A stretch of DNA of 64,000 bases. Source: Alphaproteobacteria bacterium (lineage in GTDB: Bacteria > Pseudomonadota > Alphaproteobacteria > UBA6615). The notes under the pieces are model-generated. The model saw only the letters and a program-made list of their open reading frames with translations, ran no database searches and was not told the DNA's origin. Of this stretch, positions 11,110-21,972 are shown piece by piece (within the stretch, counting starts at the first letter, position 1; each line of letters opens with the position of its first letter). The position numbers were made by a program, and so were the translations under genes. The stretch covers positions 205,473-269,472 of the forward strand of contig CBDFKJ010000006.1 in NCBI GenBank assembly GCA_965248805.1. The letters are read 5' to 3'.

Positions 11110-12525
11110 TTAGTGCACCTCAGCGTCGGCAGTGACGGCGTCGATGCGCGCGAGCACCTCTTCCCTGCCGAGAATCTCCATGACCGAGAATATGCCCGGC
11201 GATGATGTGGAACCGGTCAACGCGGCCCGCAGTGGCTGTGCGATCGCACCCAGCTTCAGCCCGTGCTCGCCGACCCAATCCCGGACTTCCGCCTCGATAT
11301 GCGAGGCGGTCCATTGCCGTACCCCCGCCAGCCGAGGCCGAGACGCTGCCAACCGGGCGATCGCGTCATCGTTCAGGAGCTTCGCCGCGGCAGCGTTGAT
11401 AGGCAAGGGCACGAAGCGACAGTAAAATAATGCATTCTCAGCGAGTTCTATAAGTGTCTTCGCGCGCTGCTTTAGCTTCACCATGGCGGACACCAGGCGT
11501 GAGCGCGCACGTTCCGTGATCGGTCGACCCAGGGATTGCTCGACCATCGGGATGATCGCGTCGACTAGCACGGGGTCCTCGCACGCGCGCAGATAGATGC
11601 CGTTCAAGTTTTCCAGCTTGGCCATATCGAAGCGGGCAGGCGAACGGCCGACGCCATCGAGATCGAACCACTCGATGGCCTGCGCGGTCGAGATCACTTC
11701 GTCGTCGCCGTGACTCCAGCCGAGCCGCAGCAGGTAGTTACACAGTGCCGCCGGCAACAGCCCCATATCGCGGTAGGCCCCCACCCCCAACGCGCCATGG
11801 CGCTTGGACAGCTTGGCGCCGTCGGTGCCGTGCAGCAGCGGCATGTGGGCAAACTGCGGCCGCGGCCAGCCGCACGCGTCGAACAAGTGGTACTGGCGGA
11901 AGGCGTTCGTCAGATGGTCGTCGCCGCGAATGACGTGGGTGATGCCCATGTCGTGGTCGTCGACGACAACGGACAGCATGTAGGTCGGCGTGCCGTCGGC
12001 GCGCAGTAGGATGAAATCGTCCAATTGCTCGTTGGCAACGCTGACATCGCTCTGAATGCCGTCGACGATGCGCGTTTCGCCGTCCAGCGGCATCTTGATA
12101 CGCACAACCGGCGCGACGCCCGGCGGCGCCTCGGCCGGGTCGCGGTCGCGCCAGCGCCGATCGTAGAGCCGGGTGCGCCCGGCCTTGCGCGCCTCCTGGC
12201 GCATGATCTCCAACTCTTGCGCAGAGCAGTAGCACCGATACGCCTTGCCGGCCTCGATCAACTCATGCGCGACCTCCGAATGCCGGTCGGCACACGCCGA
12301 CTGGAAGACCATCTCGCCATCCCAATCGAGTTCGAGCCAACGCAGCCCGTCGACAATGGCGTCGATCGCTTCCGAGGTGGACCGCGCGCGGTCGGTGTCT
12401 TCGATGCGCAGGTGATAACGGCCGCCGTGGTGGCGGGCGTAGAGCCAGTTGAACAACGCCGTGCGCGCGCCGCCAATGTGTAGAAATCCGGTCGGGGAGG
12501 GGGCAAAGCGCGTGACGACGCTCAT
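11110..12525 (-). CDS. gltX: glutamyl-tRNA synthetase
   Basis: HIGG motif ([17 protein letters not shown]) and KMSKS-like KLSKR motif. Start set at MSVVTRF (12525), trimming the ORF-track N-terminal extension. Confidence 0.92.
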   Translation of the reverse strand: MSVVTRFAPSPTGFLHIGGARTALFNWLYARHHGGRYHLRIEDTDRARSTSEAIDAIVDGLRWLELDWDGEMVFQSACADRHSEVAHELIEAGKAYRCYCSAQELEIMRQEARKAGRTRLYDRRWRDRDPAEAPPGVAPVVRIKMPLDGETRIVDGIQSDVSVANEQLDDFILLRADGTPTYMLSVVVDDHDMGITHVIRGDDHLTNAFRQYHLFDACGWPRPQFAHMPLLHGTDGAKLSKRHGALGVGAYRDMGLLPAALCNYLLRLGWSHGDDEVISTAQAIEWFDLDGVGRSPARFDMAKLENLNGIYLRACEDPVLVDAIIPMVEQSLGRPITERARSRLVSAMVKLKQRAKTLIELAENALFYCRFVPLPINAAAAKLLNDDAIARLAASRPRLAGVRQWTASHIEAEVRDWVGEHGLKLGAIAQPLRAALTGSTSSPGIFSVMEILGREEVLARIDAVTADAEVH

Positions 12526-12689
12526 GGACACCTGCGGACTGCGAGCGCACTGTGTAGCACGCGTCGCCGCCGATGACACGTACGTGAACCGGCGCCCCTG
12601 GTGCTAACCGGCCCGTGTGCGTAGGCTGCCGCGCCGATCGGACAAGCAGGTTCGGTTTCATTGTGAACTTTGTAGTTTGGAGGCATCAG

Positions 12690-13108
12690 TGGCAAAGGCG
12701 AAGGCCAGCAAGACCATCAACGCACCGGCGAACCGGGTATGGGAAACCGTGAGCGCCTTTTCGGGCATCGAGCGCTTCCTGCCTTTGATCGCCAAATCCA
12801 CGGCAGTTGGTAGCGGCGTCGGCGCGACGCGTACGTGCGAGTTGCCCGACGGCGCGCAGTTGCACGAGCGACTAGAGAAATTGGATGATCAGTCGCGCTC
12901 CCTGACCTACTCGATCGTAGAATCGCCTCTGCCGATCGAAAACTATCTCAGCACCATCGAGGTGAGCGATGCCGGCGACGGCAAGTCCACCGTGACGTGG
13001 TCGAGTACGTTCGATGCCCCTGCCGACCAGGAACCGGCAATGCTCGAAATGCTCAGCGGCGCCTACGCGAGCGGGATCGACGGCCTGGAGAAGCTGCATC
13101 AGGGCTGA
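12690..13108 (+). CDS. SRPBCC (START/Bet v1-like, polyketide-cyclase-type) family protein
   Basis: About 139 aa beginning INAPANRVWETVSAF, typical of SRPBCC proteins. GTG start at 12690 preceded by GGAGG. Confidence 0.65.
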
Positions 13109-13213
13109 TCGAGCGCTTACACGCAGTGTTGCGCGCGCGCAAATGATCGGTGCAGACTAACCGGTTCGCCGTCATGCACATGACGGTGTGAGCGCCGAAC
13201 AGGCGGAACCGCC

Positions 13214-15328
13214 ATGCGCGCCCATGAGAGTTTGTCCATCACCGTTGCCATGCCAAGCTTCCGGGCTTGGCTGGGCTAATGGCTGTTCGCCGATCAGGAT
13301 CGCTGGGCACTGTGGCTGCCGGTTGGCATGGGGACCGGCGTCGCCGCCTACTTCGCCATGGCTACGGAGCCGGGCGCCTGGGTTGGGCCGGCAACTGTAG
13401 CCGCCGTTGTCCTGATCGGTCTCGCGCTGCGCCGGCAGCAGGGGGCAGTCTTCGTCGCGTTGGCGCTGGGCTCGATTGCGGTTGGGTTCGCCGCGGCGCA
13501 ATGGCGCACCGCTTGGGTGACCGCCCCGATCCTAAGCGAACGGCTCAACGCGGCGCCGGTGGAGGGCCGCGTCGTCGCGCTAGAGGCGCGCACGAATGGC
13601 GGCCGCGTGGTCCTCGAACCGCGGACCATCGCTGAGCTTGCGGCGGATCAGATGCCGGCGCTGGTACGCGTCAGCGTGCGCGGCGACACTGAGGCGCTGC
13701 GGTCGATCGCTGCACCCGGTAACTGGGTTTGGATGCGCGCGACGCTGTCGCCGCCGTCGGCGCCGGCGGCGCCCGGCGCGTTCGACTTTGCCCGTCAAGC
13801 GTGGTTCCAGCGCATCGGCGCGGTCGGGTTTTCGTTCGGCCTGCCGGAACGAGTGGACGCGCCGCCGGGCGAGGTCGACGGCGCCTCGGGCTGGCGGATC
13901 GGCGTCGAATCTCTGCGTCACGTCGGCACATTCGAATGATGGCGGCGCGATAGCCGCGGCGCTGATGATGGGTGAGCGCGGTGCCATCTCCGAGGCGGCG
14001 CTGACCGCGATGCGCGACGCTGGTCTGGCGCACTTGTTGGCGATATCCGGCCTGCACATAGGCTTGGTGGCCGGATTGGTGTTCTTCGCGGTGCGCGCCG
14101 GCTTGCCCCTGTCGCCGTCCATCGCTCTGCGCTACCCCATCAGGAAATGGGCTGCGTTGGCCGCCGCCCTGCATCGCTGGGCTATCTGACGATGGCCGGT
14201 GCGCCGGTGCCGACACAGCGGGCGTACCTGATGGCGGGGCTGGTCCTGATCGGGATCGCGCTGGATCGCCGCGCCCTGTCCATGCGCCTGGTCGCGTGGG
14301 CTGCTGCAGTTATTCTGCTCCTGCGGCCGGAAAGCCTACTGGGCGCCAGCTTCCAACTATCCTTCGCGGCCGTGATTGCGCTTATCGCCGCCTACGAGTG
14401 CATCGGCCCCCATTGGCGCGAGTGGCGTCGCGCCGCGCCGGCGCCGCGCAGGCTGCTGCTATATTTCGTGACGGTGGCATTCACGTCGGTGATCGCAGGG
14501 CTGGCGACGGGCGTCATCGGCCTGTTCATTTTTCACCGCGTCGTCGCCTATGGCTTGCTGGCCAACATGATCGCGGTGCCGCTGACCGCGTTCTGGGTCA
14601 TGCTGTGGCCCATGTTCGCCTATGCGCTGATGCCGTTCGGACTGGAGGGCTGGGCCTTGCAACCGATGGTCTGGGGCATCGACGGCATTCTGGCCGTGGC
14701 GCGGACCGTCAGCGCCTGGCCGGGCGCCGTCCACCTGTTGCCCGCGGCACCGTCCCTTGCGTTTGGTCTTTGTGTGCTCGGCGGACTGTGGCTGTGCCTG
14801 TGGCGCCAATCCTGGCGGCTCGCCGGGCTGGCGCTGATCGCGGTCGGGCTTGCCGCAGTTCCAACCGCGCCGCGGCCGCATGTCTTGATCTCCGAAGACG
14901 GACGGCTGGCTGCGGTGCGTGCGCACGATGGCGGACTATTGTTCTCCGACAAGCGCCGCGGGCGCTTCGAGCGCGAGATGTGGCTGCGCCGGGAGGGCAG
15001 CGCGACTTGGCGGACGATTGCCGAGGCGGGCGCGGCGAACGGTATCGCATGCGATCGGATCGGCTGTATCTACCGGGCCGCCGGCACGAGCGTCGCCATC
15101 GCCCGCGATGAGCGGGCTCTTGCGGAGGATTGCTTCGCGGTCGACGTATTGATCAGCGCGGTTCCGGTGCGCGGTGACTGCCCGCGCCCGCGACTAGTGA
15201 TCGATCGTTTCGACCTCTGGCGCGAAGGCGCGCATGCGGTTTGGCTGGATCGGGCCGGGCCCCGTGCGGTCTCGGTGGCGCAGGCACGCGGCGAACGCCC
15301 ATGGTCACCGCGACGCGGCTATCAGTAG
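13214..15328 (+). pseudogene. comEC: ComEC/Rec2 DNA internalization channel, disrupted by an in-frame TAA and two frameshifts
   Basis: ComEC signatures are spread over three frames (WLFADQDRWALWLPVGMG; LAHLLAISGLHIG; PVPTQRAYLMAGLVL). A TAA at 13277-13279 splits MPSFRAWLG from WLFADQDRW. Frameshifts lie at about 13925-13945 and 14160-14175. Confidence 0.8.
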
Positions 15329-16029
15329 CCGCGGATCAAGCCGACAAGCCGGCCCTGGATGGCGACCTGCTCGGGGCCGAATATCCGCGTCTCGTAGGCG
15401 CGATTGGCCGGCTCCAAGGCGATGGAATTGTGGCGTTTGCGCAGCTTCTTCAGCGTGACTTCTTCGCCTTCGACCAGCGCCACAACGACCGATCCCGGCT
15501 CGGCGTCGTCACACCGCTCGATCACGATCGTATCGCCGTCGTGGATGCCGGCATCGATCATCGAATCGCCTTCAACTTCCAGCGCATAGTATTTTCCTTT
15601 GCCGAGGAGCTGCGGCGGCACGCTAACGTGCCGGTTCTCTTCACGCAGCGCCTCGATGGGCGTGCCGGCCGCGATCTTGCCCATCATCGGCAAAGACACG
15701 CCGTTGGTCTCGTCGTTGCGGGCCTCGGCGGGCTCTGCGCGGCCGCGGGCAAAGTCCCCGCGTATGACCTTTGGGTCGAACCGCTTGCGGTCGTCCTTCG
15801 ACCCGGCAGCGGCATCCTCCGGCAGTCGGACCACCTTCAACGCGCGGGCACGGTGGGCAAGGCGTTGGATGAACCCGCGTTCCTCCAACCCGGTAATGAG
15901 GCGGTGGATGCCGGACTTGGAGCGCAGGTCGAGCGCATCCTTCATCTCTTCAAACGACGGCGACACGCCATGCGTGCGCAAGTGCCCGTTGATGAACAGA
16001 AGCAATTGATGCTGCTTGCGCGTCAGCAT
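15322..16029 (-). CDS. lexA: SOS repressor LexA
   Basis: 235 aa with an N-terminal winged-HTH ([12 protein letters not shown]) and a C-terminal S24 peptidase carrying the Ser/Lys dyad region. Confidence 0.93.
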   Translation of the reverse strand: MLTRKQHQLLLFINGHLRTHGVSPSFEEMKDALDLRSKSGIHRLITGLEERGFIQRLAHRARALKVVRLPEDAAAGSKDDRKRFDPKVIRGDFARGRAEPAEARNDETNGVSLPMMGKIAAGTPIEALREENRHVSVPPQLLGKGKYYALEVEGDSMIDAGIHDGDTIVIERCDDAEPGSVVVALVEGEEVTLKKLRKRHNSIALEPANRAYETRIFGPEQVAIQGRLVGLIRGY

Positions 16030-16129
16030 GGTCGATCTCCTTTGCTCTTCCCTGCGTGGTCCGGCGGTGTGAACGGTTGGCAGCGCATGCCAGGACTACA
16101 TATCGAACAAAACAACAACAAACACACAT

Positions 16130-16144
16130 GTTCTAGTTTGGTTC
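16130..16144 (-). promoter_or_regulatory. alphaproteobacterial LexA operator GTTCtagtttgGTTC (GAAC-N7-GAAC on the lexA coding strand)
   Basis: Exact GTTC-N7-GTTC about 100 bp upstream of the lexA start. A degenerate second copy, GAACaaaacaaCAAC, lies at 16105-16119. Confidence 0.7.
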
Positions 16145-16179
16145 CCCGGAGTCGTCAAGACCCGTGGCCGCCTAATGCA

Positions 16180-17397
16180 TCATATTCTCGCCATCCCGGC
16201 GTATAGCGGTACTATCGTCACGCGTTCGCCGACGGACGCCGGCATAGCGTGAGGCGGTCGCATAATGAGGCAATCGGCGCGCGCCATGTTGGCAAACATC
16301 GAGCTGTCCTGCCGCTCGAAAGGCGTCGCGACCCACTCGCCGTCTCTGTCATGCGTCAGCGAGGCGCGGAGATAGTCCTGGCGCTGGTCGTTGGCGTCGA
16401 GATCGCCCCCTAGGATGGCCGAGGCCGCCGGTTCGTCGCCATCACCCCGTCCCAGCAGGCGTGCCAGTGCCGGCCGCAGAAATACGATGGCGCAGACCAT
16501 CGCCGACACCGGATTGCCGGGGAACCCAAGCATCGGCATCCCGTTCAACGCGCCGAAGATGAGCGGCTTGCCGGGCCGCATGGCCACGCGCCAGAAATCG
16601 ACCTTCAGGCCGACATCGCCCAGCGCCCGTTGCACTAGATCATGGTCGCCGACCGAAGCGCCGCCAGTGGTGATGAGGAAGTCGGCGCCGGCGGCCGCTT
16701 GCGCCGCGCTACGCAGGGAGGCGATGTCGTCCACGGCAATGCCGAGATCGACAGGTTCGCCGCCACAGGCACGCACCATGGCGCCGATCGCGATGTCATT
16801 CGAGCTGACGATCTGGCCGGGTGAAATCGGCTCCCCCGGCAGAACGATTTCGCTGCCGGTCGCCAGGATTGCGATCCGCGGGCGCCGGCGTACCGACAGC
16901 CACGGCACGTTCATCGCCGCCGCCAGACCCACGTCACGGGCGCTGATCACGCGCCCTGCCTTCAGCAACACGTCGCCTTCGCGGAAGTCCAATCCCGCCG
17001 GCCGCACAAATGTGCCGGCCGCAGCACCCTTGCGGACGGTGACGCTATCGGCGTTTTCGGCCTCGGTGTTTTCCTGAATGACGACGGCATCGGCGCCATC
17101 CGGCACCGGCCCACCGGTAAAAATGCGTATAGCCTCGCCCGGACCGACCGTGCCCAGCACCGCCGCACCTGCCGGGGCCTCGCCAACCACCGTCAGCGTC
17201 ACCGGCGTGTTTGCCACATCGGCGGCGCGCGCCGCATAGCCGTCCATTGCCGAGACACTGACCGGGGGTTGCGACCGGCGAGCGGCGACGTTCCGCGCCA
17301 ACACGCGTCCGAGCGCCTCGGTCAGACCAACGGTTTCGCCGGGGAGGGGGGTGAGATCGGCCAGGATGCGTCCGCGCGCATCCTCAACAGAGATCAC
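16180..17397 (-). CDS. moeA: molybdopterin molybdotransferase MoeA
   Basis: MoeA domains including the GGVSVG-like GGASVGDHD motif. GTG start at 17397 overlaps the moaC stop as GTGA. The upstream 85-codon open extension is rejected. Confidence 0.88.
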   Translation of the reverse strand: MISVEDARGRILADLTPLPGETVGLTEALGRVLARNVAARRSQPPVSVSAMDGYAARAADVANTPVTLTVVGEAPAGAAVLGTVGPGEAIRIFTGGPVPDGADAVVIQENTEAENADSVTVRKGAAAGTFVRPAGLDFREGDVLLKAGRVISARDVGLAAAMNVPWLSVRRRPRIAILATGSEIVLPGEPISPGQIVSSNDIAIGAMVRACGGEPVDLGIAVDDIASLRSAAQAAAGADFLITTGGASVGDHDLVQRALGDVGLKVDFWRVAMRPGKPLIFGALNGMPMLGFPGNPVSAMVCAIVFLRPALARLLGRGDGDEPAASAILGGDLDANDQRQDYLRASLTHDRDGEWVATPFERQDSSMFANMARADCLIMRPPHAMPASVGERVTIVPLYAGMARI

Positions 17398-17873
17398 GAA
17401 GATGCCTCGTACGTGCCGGACTTTCCGCCACTCTTGTGCAGCAGTCGGATGTCGGTGATGCACATGCCGCGATCGACGGCCTTGCACATGTCGTAGACCG
17501 TCAGGCCCGCGACGGCGACCGCGGTGAGCGCCTCCATCTCGACGCCGGTCCGGCCGGCGACTTTCACCGTGGCCACGATGTCGATCGCGTTGCGCTCGGG
17601 ATCGGCGGTCAACTCCAGCGCCACCGACGACAGATTGAGCGGGTGGCACAGCGGGATCAGGTCGGGCGTGCGTTTGGCCCCCATGATCCCGGCCAGCCGC
17701 GCCACCGACAACACATCGCCCTTGGCGACGCCGCCGGAGCGGATCAGCGCCATCGTTTCCGGCTGCATGGTGACGGTCGCGCCGGCGCGGGCGATCCGCG
17801 TGGTCTCGCCCTTGGCGGAAACGTCGACCATGTGCGCGTTGCCGGAGTCGTCGAAGTGGGTGAGGCCGGACAT
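17394..17873 (-). CDS. moaC: cyclic pyranopterin monophosphate synthase accessory protein MoaC
   Basis: 159 aa with MoaC family motifs ([26 protein letters not shown]). Confidence 0.93.
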   Translation of the reverse strand: MSGLTHFDDSGNAHMVDVSAKGETTRIARAGATVTMQPETMALIRSGGVAKGDVLSVARLAGIMGAKRTPDLIPLCHPLNLSSVALELTADPERNAIDIVATVKVAGRTGVEMEALTAVAVAGLTVYDMCKAVDRGMCITDIRLLHKSGGKSGTYEASS

Positions 17874-17876
17874 GGA

Positions 17877-18683
17877 TCAGGCCGGGACAGGGGCAGGGAC
17901 GAGCAACTCCCGCACGGCGGCGGTGACGTCGTCCTGACGCATCAGTGACTCGCCGATCAGGAAACAGCGCGCATCGACCTTTGCCATGCGGTTAAGGTCG
18001 GCGCGGGTGTGAAGACCGCTCTCGCACACCAGCGTGCGGTCGGCGGGGATCATCGGCGCCAAGCCTTCGGTTGTCGTCAGATCGACTGCCAGCGTCGTCA
18101 GGTCGCGGTTGTTGATGCCGACCAGCTTGGCGTCGAGCCGCAGCGCGCGCTCGACCTCGGCCGCGCTGTGGGCCTCGACCAGCACATCCAAACGCCAGAC
18201 CCGGGCAGCGTCGGCGAGTTCGGCGGCCAGGGTGTCGTCGAGTGCCGCCATGATCAGCAGCACGCAATCGGCGCCGAGGGAGCGCGATTCCGCAATCTGG
18301 TAGGGGTCGAGCATGAAGTCCTTGCGCAGCACCGGCAGTGACACGGCGGCCCGTGCCTCCGTCAAGTGGGCGTCGCGGCCCTGAAAGTAGGGGCCGTCGG
18401 TCAGCACCGACAGGCAAGTCGCGCCACCATCCTCGTAGGTGCGTGCCAGATCGGCCGGATCGAAGTCGGCGCGGATCAGGCCGCGGCTCGGCGAGGCCTT
18501 TTTGATCTCGGCGATCAACCCGTAGCCGCCGCTGGCGACGCGCACTGCCAATCTCTCGGCGAAACCGCGTGGCGGCGTGGCGCGCCGCGCTGCGTCCTCG
18601 ACGGCCGCCAATGGCCGGGCGGCCTTGCGCTCTCCGATGTGGTCACGTTTGTCGGCGCATATGCGTGCCAGAACATCGCTCAT
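17877..18683 (-). CDS. trpC: indole-3-glycerol phosphate synthase
   Basis: 268 aa TIM-barrel IGPS ([22 protein letters not shown]). Confidence 0.92.
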   Translation of the reverse strand: MSDVLARICADKRDHIGERKAARPLAAVEDAARRATPPRGFAERLAVRVASGGYGLIAEIKKASPSRGLIRADFDPADLARTYEDGGATCLSVLTDGPYFQGRDAHLTEARAAVSLPVLRKDFMLDPYQIAESRSLGADCVLLIMAALDDTLAAELADAARVWRLDVLVEAHSAAEVERALRLDAKLVGINNRDLTTLAVDLTTTEGLAPMIPADRTLVCESGLHTRADLNRMAKVDARCFLIGESLMRQDDVTAAVRELLVPAPVPA

Positions 18684-19717
18684 GACGCCACCGCGCGGTT
18701 GGTGATCTCGATCAGCCGATCCAGGGTTGCGCTGGCGCGGCCGGAATCGACCGCCTCGCGCGCCAAGCCGACGCCCTCTTTCAGATCCTGAACCTTGCCG
18801 GCGACGATCAGGACGCCGGCGCTGGTGTATAGCACCACATCGCGAAACGGACTCCGCTCGCCGCCCAGCATCGCGCGCATGGCGGCCGCGTTTTGCTGCG
18901 CATCGCCGCCCTTCAGGTCATCGAGCGTGGCCCTTTCCAGCCCCGCCTCCTCGGGCGTCACCTCGAACGTCGACACGGCTCCATCCTTCAGCTCAGCGAC
19001 ATAGGTCACGCCGGTCGTGGTCATCTCGTCGATGCCGCCCTCGCCATGCACGACCCAGGCGCGCTCCGATCCCAAATTGCCGAGCACCGCGGCCAGCGGC
19101 GCCACCCACTCCCGGGCGAACACGCCCATCAGCTGGCGCTTGACCGAGGCCGGGTTGGACAGCGGGCCAATGAGATTGAAGATGGTGCGCGTGCCGAGTT
19201 CGACGCGGGCGCCGGCGACGTTGCGCATGGCGCTGTGATGGCGCGGCGCCATCAGGAAGCCGATATTGTTCTCCCACAGCGATTCCTGAATCAGGGCGAA
19301 ATCGGCATCGATATCGACGCCCAGCGCGGCGAGCACGTCGGCGGCGCCGGTCTTCGAACTCAAGGCGCGGTTGCCGTGCTTGGCCACCGGCACGCCGCAG
19401 GCCGCGACCACCAGGCTGGCGCCGGTCGAGATGTTGAGAGTGCCCTTGGCGTCGCCGCCGGTGCCGCACGTGTCGATCGCGCCGGGCGGCGCCTCTATGC
19501 CGATCGCCTTCTGCCGCATGATACGGGCCGCGCCCGTCAATTCGTCGACGGTTTCGCCGCGGACCCTGAGCGCCATTAGGAAGCCGCCCATCTGGGCGGG
19601 TGTGGCATCACCCGACATCATCACGTCGAACGCGGCCTCGGCCTCCGCGGCGCTGAGGGCGCTGCCGTCGGCAACCTTGCCCAGAAGGGCCTTGAACGCC
19701 GGCATATCGCCGCTCAT
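18680..19717 (-). CDS. trpD: anthranilate phosphoribosyltransferase
   Basis: TrpD motifs ([18 protein letters not shown]). Start at M10 (19717), giving ATGA coupling with the trpG stop. Confidence 0.9.
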   Translation of the reverse strand: MSGDMPAFKALLGKVADGSALSAAEAEAAFDVMMSGDATPAQMGGFLMALRVRGETVDELTGAARIMRQKAIGIEAPPGAIDTCGTGGDAKGTLNISTGASLVVAACGVPVAKHGNRALSSKTGAADVLAALGVDIDADFALIQESLWENNIGFLMAPRHHSAMRNVAGARVELGTRTIFNLIGPLSNPASVKRQLMGVFAREWVAPLAAVLGNLGSERAWVVHGEGGIDEMTTTGVTYVAELKDGAVSTFEVTPEEAGLERATLDDLKGGDAQQNAAAMRAMLGGERSPFRDVVLYTSAGVLIVAGKVQDLKEGVGLAREAVDSGRASATLDRLIEITNRAVAS

Positions 19718-20328
19718 GCCGCTTCTTCTTGCTTTGGCGGCCACTCGGCGCGCCGGCCGGTCGCAAGCTCGACGAAATTCGCCAGCAGCTCGTGCCCGAG
19801 TTCCGTTGCAATGCTTTCGGGATGGAATTGCATGCCGTGCAGCGGCAGCTCGCGGTGCTGCAGACCCATGATCAGGCCGTCATCGGTCTCGGCAGTGATG
19901 ACCAGGGACGCCGGCAGGCTATCTCGGGTGACGATCAGCGAATGATAGCGCGTTGCCAGCAGGGGTGACGCCAGGCCCTTGAACACGCCGGTGCCGTCGT
20001 GGTTGATGGCGCCGACCTTGCCGTGCATGGGCATGTTCGCGCGTGCGATGTCGGCACCGAACCCCTGGCCGATGGTTTGGTGGCCGAGGCATACGCCCAG
20101 CAAGGGCAGCCCTGCCTGCGCGGCCAGTTCGACGAGATCGAGGCAGATCCCGGATCCCTCCGGCACGCCGGGACCCGGCGATATGACGATCGCCTCGGGC
20201 GACAGCGCCATCGCCTCGGCCGCGCTGAGCGCGTCGTTGCGCCGTACTTCGACGTTCACACCGAGCTCGCCCAGGAAGTGAACCAGGTTGTAGGTGAAGC
20301 TGTCGTAGTTGTCGATTAATAGAAACAT
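19714..20328 (-). CDS. trpG: anthranilate synthase component II (glutamine amidotransferase)
   Basis: 204 aa class-I glutamine amidotransferase with the catalytic Cys in GVCLGHQ. Confidence 0.9.
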   Translation of the reverse strand: MFLLIDNYDSFTYNLVHFLGELGVNVEVRRNDALSAAEAMALSPEAIVISPGPGVPEGSGICLDLVELAAQAGLPLLGVCLGHQTIGQGFGADIARANMPMHGKVGAINHDGTGVFKGLASPLLATRYHSLIVTRDSLPASLVITAETDDGLIMGLQHRELPLHGMQFHPESIATELGHELLANFVELATGRRAEWPPKQEEAA

Positions 20329-20423
20329 TTCATAATGTTGAGATTAATGGTTAATTCTCGTTCTCAACCGGGTTCGAGGGTTTCTTATACCAGGGCACAC
20401 AACGCAGGCAAAGCGGTAGACCG

Positions 20424-20738
20424 ATGTCGGGGGGATGGATGCGCGGTCGACTGACGACGCTGTGGGGCACGGCGCTGGCGATCGTGCTGGCCGTGGTCCC
20501 CGTTTCATCGGCACTGGCCGGCGAGTTCCTGATCGACATCGGCGGCACGCCCGCGATTTCGGTTCGCGGCGAGTGTGCGGTCATGGTCGACGGCGAGCGC
20601 GAGCATGCGGAATTTCGCACCCTGATCCCAAAGCAGTATATTGTGGTAGGAAGTGCCGCATCGTGCACGGTTCAGAAAATGGACTCGTTCGGCAGGCTCG
20701 AAGTGGCACTGACCAGCGACGGTGCGTTGATCGCCTAG
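20424..20738 (+). CDS. hypothetical small secreted protein (signal peptide, mature about 75 aa with two Cys)
   Basis: Signal peptide with an ALA|GEF cleavage site. Divergently oriented from the trpG promoter region. No recognisable family. Confidence 0.45.
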   Translation: MSGGWMRGRLTTLWGTALAIVLAVVPVSSALAGEFLIDIGGTPAISVRGECAVMVDGEREHAEFRTLIPKQYIVVGSAASCTVQKMDSFGRLEVALTSDGALIA

Positions 20739-20886
20739 GCGGAGACGGCTGCGGCCTTCAATTGGTTGCGCATTCGCAGCGACGGCCCTTGCGGCACCCA
20801 GCGGGCGATCGAATTCGTTCGGCCGTCGCCGCATCCGCGAAGTCGGCCCGTTCCACACCTGACACCGCGATGATAAGGATGCGGCC

Positions 20887-21969
20887 GTGACGCAGGCGCG
20901 CATGGAGGAGCCGCCGCGCGGCGTTGCCCTGCGCCGATGGGCGCGGCACCTGATCGTCATCGCGCCCGCCGCCTTGCTGGTATTGCTTGCCGCCGGCGTT
21001 GCGGCGGTATGGACGAACGGCAACGAAATGCCGCAGATCGTCGTCGCGGCGACGATGGTGCTGCCTCCACTGGTGGTTCCCGAGCCGGCTCCGACGGTCC
21101 TAACCGATCCCGCCGCCGTACCGCGGGGCGCCTTCGCGCCGCCACTAGCGCCCGCTGCGGCCCAACCGCCGGCGACCACCCCTCCGCCCCGGTTCGTCCA
21201 GATCGAGCCGGCGGCGGGAGCGGCAGAGGCGCCGGACGACGCGCGTCCGGCATGGCAGCGCAACCGTGTCCAGGTGCCCCTTGCGCCTGACCGACCGGTG
21301 ATCGCCGTTGTTATGGACGATATGGGGCTCGACCGTCGCCGTTCGGCGCGTGTCGTTTCGCTGCCTGCGCCGCTAACGTTGGCCTATCTGCCTTACGCGA
21401 ACGATCTGCCGCGCCAGGCAGCCGATGCGGCCGCGGCCGGGCACGAGCTGATCGTGCACGTTCCGATGGAACCGCTGGACCCGGCCTTCGATCCGGGACC
21501 AAACGCGCTTCGCTCCAGTGACACGGTGCTGCAAATCCTCAACCACCTCCACCTCGATCTGGCGCAATTCGATGGCTACGGCGGAATCAGCAACCACATG
21601 GGGAGCCGCTTCTCCTCCGATCGTCTTGGCATGGCGCTGGTACTGGAGACGGTGCGCGACCGGGGCCTCCTGTATCTGGACAGCCTTACGACCCCGAACA
21701 ACGTCGCCGGTCAACTCGCCGCCGAGTTGGGCGTCACGATGATCGAACGCGATGTCTTTCTCGATGCCGATCGGACCAGTGTGGCGCTGCGCGAATCCAT
21801 CGGCAGGCTCGAAGAGCGCGCGCTCGCGCAAGGTTACGCCATCGGTATCGGACACCCTTACGACGTAACCATCGAGGTCTTGAGTGATTGGCTCGTCACG
21901 GCCGAGGAGCGGGGCTTCCAACTGGCTCCGATAAGCGCCATCAGCATGCTACGCAACGGTAACGGCTAG
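20887..21969 (+). CDS. divergent polysaccharide deacetylase family protein (YibQ-like, PF04748)
   Basis: N-terminal TM segment, Pro/Ala-rich linker, then a YibQ-type domain (VIAVVMDDMG, LAYLPYAND, HVPMEP, LDSLTT). GTG start. Confidence 0.75.
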   Translation: MTQARMEEPPRGVALRRWARHLIVIAPAALLVLLAAGVAAVWTNGNEMPQIVVAATMVLPPLVVPEPAPTVLTDPAAVPRGAFAPPLAPAAAQPPATTPPPRFVQIEPAAGAAEAPDDARPAWQRNRVQVPLAPDRPVIAVVMDDMGLDRRRSARVVSLPAPLTLAYLPYANDLPRQAADAAAAGHELIVHVPMEPLDPAFDPGPNALRSSDTVLQILNHLHLDLAQFDGYGGISNHMGSRFSSDRLGMALVLETVRDRGLLYLDSLTTPNNVAGQLAAELGVTMIERDVFLDADRTSVALRESIGRLEERALAQGYAIGIGHPYDVTIEVLSDWLVTAEERGFQLAPISAISMLRNGNG

Positions 21970-21972
21970 GGC

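Noticed and set aside
13195-13207. GAACaggcgGAAC upstream of comEC as a LexA box
   Set aside because: The spacing is N5, not the N7 of the alphaproteobacterial LexA operator that is present in perfect form upstream of lexA itself. It is kept only as part of the palindrome observation, not called as a LexA site.
20329-20423. Tiny ORF ATGAAATGTTTCTATTAA (MKCFY*) overlapping the trpG start as a possible trp leader peptide
   Set aside because: It has no Trp codons and no Shine-Dalgarno, sits out of frame over the trpG ATG, and has no attenuator-like alternative hairpins. It is most likely chance.
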